Shown here one piece after another: positions 55,229-59,717 of a stretch of DNA of 59,717 bases; position 1 is the stretch's first letter; every line of letters begins with the position of its first letter. A model generated the notes under the pieces. It searched no databases. It saw nothing but the letters and a program-made list of their open reading frames with translations, and was not told the DNA's origin. This DNA comes from a virus. Its lineage: Duplodnaviria; Caudoviricetes. The translations under genes were made by a program, and so were the position numbers. Where the stretch lies: IMG/VR virus record IMGVR_UViG_3300024331_000182, positions 1-59,717 of that record; one strand, written 5' to 3'.

Positions 55229-57199
55229 TCAGCTTCGCTGCGCCCCGAAGGTGATTGTCTCCTGGAGCTTGTCGGCAATCCCGGCCATGTCGGACGCCGC
55301 CTCTGCTATGACATCCGGGATTTTCCGATCGATATGGGTGTTCTCGCGGAGCAGCTCCGCGTACCGCGCGAAAGCATCCTGGATAGACCTGGGAACCTCG
55401 TGCAGTTGCTCCAGGGTCTCGTCCCAGTCGTTCGCGTCGGCCCAGCCCAGGATCGTGTTCCTGATGTCCTCGGCCGCGTCTCCTACTTGTGCCACTTTCC
55501 TGCCTCCTGTGCGTGATCCGTTGCTGCCCGGCCCTCCTGGCCAGGACGGTGCGGGGTGCCGGGTCCGGCCCTGCCGGGCGGGCGGGACGGCGGGTGGTGC
55601 CAGTGGCGGGGGCCGGCGGCGGGGGAACACGCGCCGGAAGAACCGCGCGTGCCGCCACTGGTCGAACCGGTGCACCTGGCGGTTCATCCGGGTTCCCCGT
55701 GGCGCCCATGGCCTCGGGGGCCGCCTGCGCGACCGGCGCCAGCGCCGGATGGCCCGGAGCGGGTTCACCCGGCGGCGCATCCCGCGAAGCCGGACCCGGA
55801 GCGGGCGGCGGACCGGGCGCGACAGGCCCCGGTGCCTCCCGAGCCGGATGCCGATCCGGCGGCGGACCCTGGCGGCCAGCCCGAGCCGTTTCCCGCGAGC
55901 CCTCCAGACGGGGGTGAAATGCGGCCTCCACGGTGTCCACCAGTGCCTCCGCTTCGGGTAGACCCGGCGCACCTTCGCCCGCCAGCCGCGTAGCCTGGCC
56001 CGGTGCGCCCGCCGGGCAGCCTTCCGGGCAGGAACGACCCGGCGCCACCTTGCCCAGCGCGCCCGGGTCCGCGCAACCGGGCCACGACGGCCCCGCCACG
56101 GGGCGAACCAGCGGCGGGGCTTCGGAGACGGGCTGGCTGCGCGGGACCGCCACGGGGCGAACCAGCGGCGGGGCTTCGGAGACGGGCTGGCTGCGCGGGA
56201 CCGCCACGGGGCGAACCAGCGGCGAGGGCGGGGCGGGGGTGCTCCGGTCGGGCGCTTGCTGGTCCTCGGGCCGCGTCCCCAGCCGAGCGGGCGGCGGCGC
56301 GGGTGACCCGACCCGGCATGACGGCGCCGCCAGCGCAGCGGGCTCCACCGTCCGCGCGGGCGGGAACCAGAACTGCGTGGGCGGGAACCGGGGACGCCCG
56401 TGCCGCTGGCGCGACGGCGGCGGAAGGGCCGCCACCGGCTGCGCGGACGGGGACCGGGGCTGCGCGGACGCGAACCCGGCCCGCCGCCCGTGCCGCGACG
56501 GCGGAAGGGGCGCCACCGGCCGCCAGCCGTGCGCGGGCCGCCGCCGGGGCGGGTGCCCGTCCGGCTCCGGCGGCGGCCGGTCAGGGTCCCGGAACCACGC
56601 CGGCGGAGTCCCGCAGAGCGCCCGGAAGCTCCGCGAAAACGGCCGGAAGTCCCCGAACCCCGGCGAGAACCCCGGAAAACCCCGGAACCCCGCCGTGAGC
56701 CCGCGCGGGAGCCTAGCGCCCTGCGCGGGCGTGATGAGCCGGTCCCGCCCCGGCGGCCTGGTGACAAGAGGCCCGCGCGCTGTCCGGAACGGGACCGGCG
56801 GCCTGCACCGCCCCGGCCACTGCCGCCGGGGCGATGGATCAGGCCCCGGCTCCGGCCTGAGCCAGAACCAGGGCGGCGGAACTGCCCGCCCCGGCGGCCG
56901 GTAAACCCGGGAGACCGGAACGAGGAGGTGTGCGTGCGCTCGCGGTAGTTCCGCTGGCGCCTCCCGAACGGGTGGAAGTGGCGCATCAGGAAGGGATAGA
57001 AGACGAGCCCGGCGAGGACCAGGACGGAAGCCCCGATGATCATCCACACCCGGGTGGCGCTGCCGTGCATCGAGTGGGTGACGGCGGTGAGGCCCGCTGC
57101 GGCGAGCACGAGCAGCATGATCCGGCGGCGCCACCCGATCCTCCCGCCGGACGGCGCCGCAGTCCCGGGGGCCTCGGTCTCAGGCCCGGTCTCGGACAT
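55229..57199 (-). CDS. Membrane-anchored Arg-rich protein with acidic helical C-terminus
   Basis: Two TM helices, a long R/G/P/W-rich region, then a helical acidic domain with an internal GGAGG-GTG at 55495. Confidence 0.6.
   Translation of the reverse strand: MSETGPETEAPGTAAPSGGRIGWRRRIMLLVLAAAGLTAVTHSMHGSATRVWMIIGASVLVLAGLVFYPFLMRHFHPFGRRQRNYRERTHTSSFRSPGFTGRRGGQFRRPGSGSGRSRGLIHRPGGSGRGGAGRRSRSGQRAGLLSPGRRGGTGSSRPRRALGSRAGSRRGSGVFRGSRRGSGTSGRFRGASGRSAGLRRRGSGTLTGRRRSRTGTRPGGGPRTAGGRWRPFRRRGTGGGPGSRPRSPGPRPRSRWRPFRRRRASGTGVPGSRPRSSGSRPRGRWSPLRWRRRHAGSGHPRRRPLGWGRGPRTSKRPTGAPPPRPRRWFAPWRSRAASPSPKPRRWFAPWRSRAASPSPKPRRWFAPWRGRRGPVARTRARWARWRRVVPARKAARRAHRARLRGWRAKVRRVYPKRRHWWTPWRPHFTPVWRARGKRLGLAARVRRRIGIRLGRHRGLSRPVRRPLRVRLRGMRRRVNPLRAIRRWRRSRRRPPRPWAPRGTRMNRQVHRFDQWRHARFFRRVFPRRRPPPLAPPAVPPARQGRTRHPAPSWPGGPGSNGSRTGGRKVAQVGDAAEDIRNTILGWADANDWDETLEQLHEVPRSIQDAFARYAELLRENTHIDRKIPDVIAEAASDMAGIADKLQETITFGAQRS
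56093..56224. repeat. 54-bp tandem repeat, about 2.4 copies
   Basis: ccgccacggggcgaaccagcggcggggcttcggagacgggctggctgcgcggga; encodes RRWFAPWRSRAASPSPKP. Confidence 0.9.
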
Positions 57200-58169
57200 C
57201 CTGGCCGCCCAGTCCTGCCGCCGCCCGCTCCAGCACGCTCTTGGCGATCCGGCGGCGGGTCATGTCAGAGTTGTCCGCGCCCAGGATCTCGTGATCCGCC
57301 AGGCTCCGCGCGAGCTGGCGCTGGCGGGGGAGCGGGGCGCCCGCCTGGATCAGCTCGTCCACCAGCCCGGCCTCAGCCTCGATCCGGGCCGCCGTCAGCC
57401 CCCTTCCCCGGGCCTTGGCGCGACCATCGGCAGCGGCGGCTTCTGGTCGCGGCTCCCGGATCGGGGGAACTGACGGCGGCGTCTTGCGGGCAGTGGCCTT
57501 GTCCCGGGAGCGCCGGTCCTGCCCGGGGGTACCCGGGTAGACGAGCTGGATTGCCTCCTCGATCCGGTTCTCGCCCTTCCAGGTCGCGGCCCGCATGACG
57601 CGGATGCACCGGTAGGCGTGGTAGAACCAGCGGTTGGCGCCGAGCCGGACGGCGTGGTCCTCGATCAGCTTCTTCGCCTTGAGGGCGGGGCGGCTGACAC
57701 GGCGCGAGTAGGCGGTCCACAGCCACGGCGAGATCACGCTCATCATGCCGAACGTGACGGCCGCGACAGTGGGCCGCCAGCCCGGCTTCATGTAGTGGCT
57801 GTAATTCAGGACGCCGATGACCAGGGCGGTCCCGTAAGCGGCCAGCCGGAGCCGCAGCGCGGAGTCATCCGCGACGAGAGCGAGATTGGCAAGCCAGGCG
57901 AGGTAGATGGCGATGGATTCCAGCGCGACGGCTACCAGGAGCGCATCGGTCCGGTCCAGATGGGCCTGCCAGAACCGGAGCTGGGCTCGGAAGGCCACGT
58001 AGTTGACGATGACGACGGGAACGGCGGCCAGCCAGGCGCGATGCGCGCGGCCCTGGCTCGTTCCGGTCGGCCGGAACGTCTCGAAGGCGGCGCCGAGAGA
58101 CAGCAGCGCGGCCGTGATGATCTCGGTCCTGCGGTCTTTCCGCAGATCGGATGCCGTTCTATCCTTCAC
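57180..58169 (-). CDS. DUF2637/Spd-like membrane protein
   Basis: Four TM helices (VAVALESIAIYL, LRLAAY, LNYSH, SPWLW) then a helical C-terminus; typical company of TraB. Confidence 0.6.
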   Translation of the reverse strand: MKDRTASDLRKDRRTEIITAALLSLGAAFETFRPTGTSQGRAHRAWLAAVPVVIVNYVAFRAQLRFWQAHLDRTDALLVAVALESIAIYLAWLANLALVADDSALRLRLAAYGTALVIGVLNYSHYMKPGWRPTVAAVTFGMMSVISPWLWTAYSRRVSRPALKAKKLIEDHAVRLGANRWFYHAYRCIRVMRAATWKGENRIEEAIQLVYPGTPGQDRRSRDKATARKTPPSVPPIREPRPEAAAADGRAKARGRGLTAARIEAEAGLVDELIQAGAPLPRQRQLARSLADHEILGADNSDMTRRRIAKSVLERAAAGLGGQDVRDRA

Positions 58170-58608
58170 TGGTCCGGTCTCCGTTTCCGGGTATTCGGTA
58201 ACCGGGCTGGGGGCGCGGCCCGTTGGGCGGGCCGTGCCTCCGCAAGTCGACCCAGGGTACCACCTAAGTGCTGCTAGAGTCCGCTGACTCGTTTCCTGCA
58301 TCGAGGTCGGTTACCCCGCAGGTGAACTCAACGCTGCTCCTGTCACCGGGCCGGGGCGGTAGGTGAGGGCGTACCGCATCCCGGGCGGGGGCGTGAACGG
58401 GTTTTCCATCAGACTGTGCTGAGCCTGGTGTCCAGCGGGCTGGCGGTGAGCACGTGAGCGATCATGCCGCCCGTGTGGTTCATCCTGTCGCTGGCCATGT
58501 GAGTCGCAGCGCAAGCGCTCTCGCCGTTCGGGTTTTCTTCCATCTCTGGATCTCTCCTCTGGGTCGGGCCGGTTCACGGTGATCCGGGTCAGGACGGGGT
58601 AAACCGGA

Positions 58609-58986
58609 TCAGTCCTCCAGCGTCAGCGTGATCACGGCCACGATGAACATCCGGACCTTATCCCGCTGGAACTGGTTCATCTCGCTGTACTGGATCAGGT
58701 CCGGGTGCGTCCTCGCCGTCCGGTCCTTCGGTCCCCTGGTCCAGCCGATGGCCTCCATGGCCGCAACCCAGTCAGCCTGGTGCTGCCGGTGGGTGGTGCC
58801 TGCCTGGACCCGGCGCACGCCGTCGATGGTTATCTGCTTGTACTCCTCGGGCCAGCTCGCCCACGGCTCGGCCGGGGCGACGTCAGGGTGCCCGTTCCGC
58901 TCCTGGAGCCGCTGGAGCGCGATCGTCTGATCGTGGCAGTATTCCGCGATCTCCTCCACGGTGTACCGGCTTGTTCCCCTACGCAT
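58609..58986 (-). CDS. RyR-domain-like phage protein
   Basis: IA..CH...PW...W......GW..GP.KD...THPDL..Y......R.K..MF; AGGAG RBS. Confidence 0.7.
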   Translation of the reverse strand: MRRGTSRYTVEEIAEYCHDQTIALQRLQERNGHPDVAPAEPWASWPEEYKQITIDGVRRVQAGTTHRQHQADWVAAMEAIGWTRGPKDRTARTHPDLIQYSEMNQFQRDKVRMFIVAVITLTLED

Positions 58987-59717
58987 GTCTCCTGCTCCGT
59001 GGTCTCGTTCCCCGGCTCCCCGGAAAGAACGTCTGATGATACGCCGTGGGTCCCCGGTTTGTTCCCGGTTCCCGGCCAGATTCTCGTAACCCCAGGCCAC
59101 GGATGCGCAGATGGGGGCGGCGATGATCGTTAACCCGGCCGACTCGATAGAGTCCCGGCACTCACCGGGACACCAGGCTGCCAGGGAGGCGCCCGGGATT
59201 CGGGTTACCCGGCTCCCGGAATCCTATCGGAACTGTCGCCCGCAGGTGCCGCCTTACTGTCATCCGCCCTGGCCGGCGAGGCCGACAGTACTGTCGGGCG
59301 AGGTGGCGGGCTGCTGTCGCCGTGCTGTAATCCGGCCTGATCAGGACGACGACGACACCTCGGTCAGGGCGACAATGACACTTCCCGGCCTAATGCCCCG
59401 CCATTTGCGTATGTCAATACGCTAACGCTCGCGTGCAATTTAATTAGCCGCGCGAACGAGTTTCACATGCGGCTCGCGGCGTGCGATGCGCCGTCGTCTC
59501 CGGGCCGAACGAGATCTCTCGAACAGTACATCGAAAACGACGTGTTCTTGACCATTCCGTGACCTAACCGGTTACAGGCCGTAGTCGCTGGTCACGCCGT
59601 GGCACGGTACAACATTCCCGAGAGGCCCCATATTCCCCCAGGTCAGAGGCCTATTTAGGAGACTAATTCGATAAAATAGGCCTCGTGGGATTTCTTGTTC
59701 GGGGAGAAATCCGGGCA

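Noticed and set aside
52910-55961. Long plus-strand ORFs opposite the translocase region
   Set aside because: Antisense shadows with no recognisable motifs.
56093-56224. Possible CRISPR-like array
   Set aside because: Head-to-tail identical 54-bp units with no unique spacers, in frame within a CDS, and no cas genes.
54870-57134. 754-aa Pro/Ala-rich ORF
   Set aside because: Alternative frame of the Arg-rich gene; only its last part from ATG 55208 has an RBS and protein-like composition.
9570-59210. Frequent GGTAAC/GTTACC hexamers near gene boundaries as a promoter motif
   Set aside because: Several are just TAA stop codons in GC context and I could not find a consistent -35 partner by eye.
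59100-59717. AT-richer right end as origin, att site or promoter
   Set aside because: Probably regulatory, but no iterons, tRNA end or clear promoter could be supported from the sequence alone.

Overview
High-GC actinobacterial long-tailed phage or prophage region, read mostly on the minus strand. From right to left it holds: a Streptomyces-plasmid/AICE-like transfer module (DUF2637/Spd-like membrane protein, Arg-rich protein, FtsK/TraB translocase, small membrane proteins); accessory genes (macrodomain, membrane HNH, ricin-type lectin, a signal-peptide precursor with three SFYHG cores, C5 DNA methylase-like); small and large terminase, portal, prohead protease and HK97-type capsid; about 25 kb of inserted genes dominated by a glycan cluster (most of the window's seven glycosyltransferases, two NDP-sugar dehydratase/epimerases, a sugar C-methyltransferase, a cupin, a GH5) and fibre-like genes; then head-tail connector, tail terminator, two tail-tube paralogues, a frameshifted tail chaperone, a neck protein and a tape measure gene running off the left edge. 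No integrase, repressor, replication gene or clear endolysin is visible. Top leads: (1) a recurring RNA hairpin module with an AGC/NGG internal loop and covarying stems in the leaders of many late genes; (2) phage-encoded synthesis and transfer of a probably C-methyl-branched sugar; (3) a multi-core secreted peptide resembling a phage communication signal; (4) mini-genes resembling fragments of capsid, portal, protease and tail proteins; (5) a phage/conjugative-translocase hybrid architecture. All calls come from reading motifs by eye; no database searches or folding programs were run.
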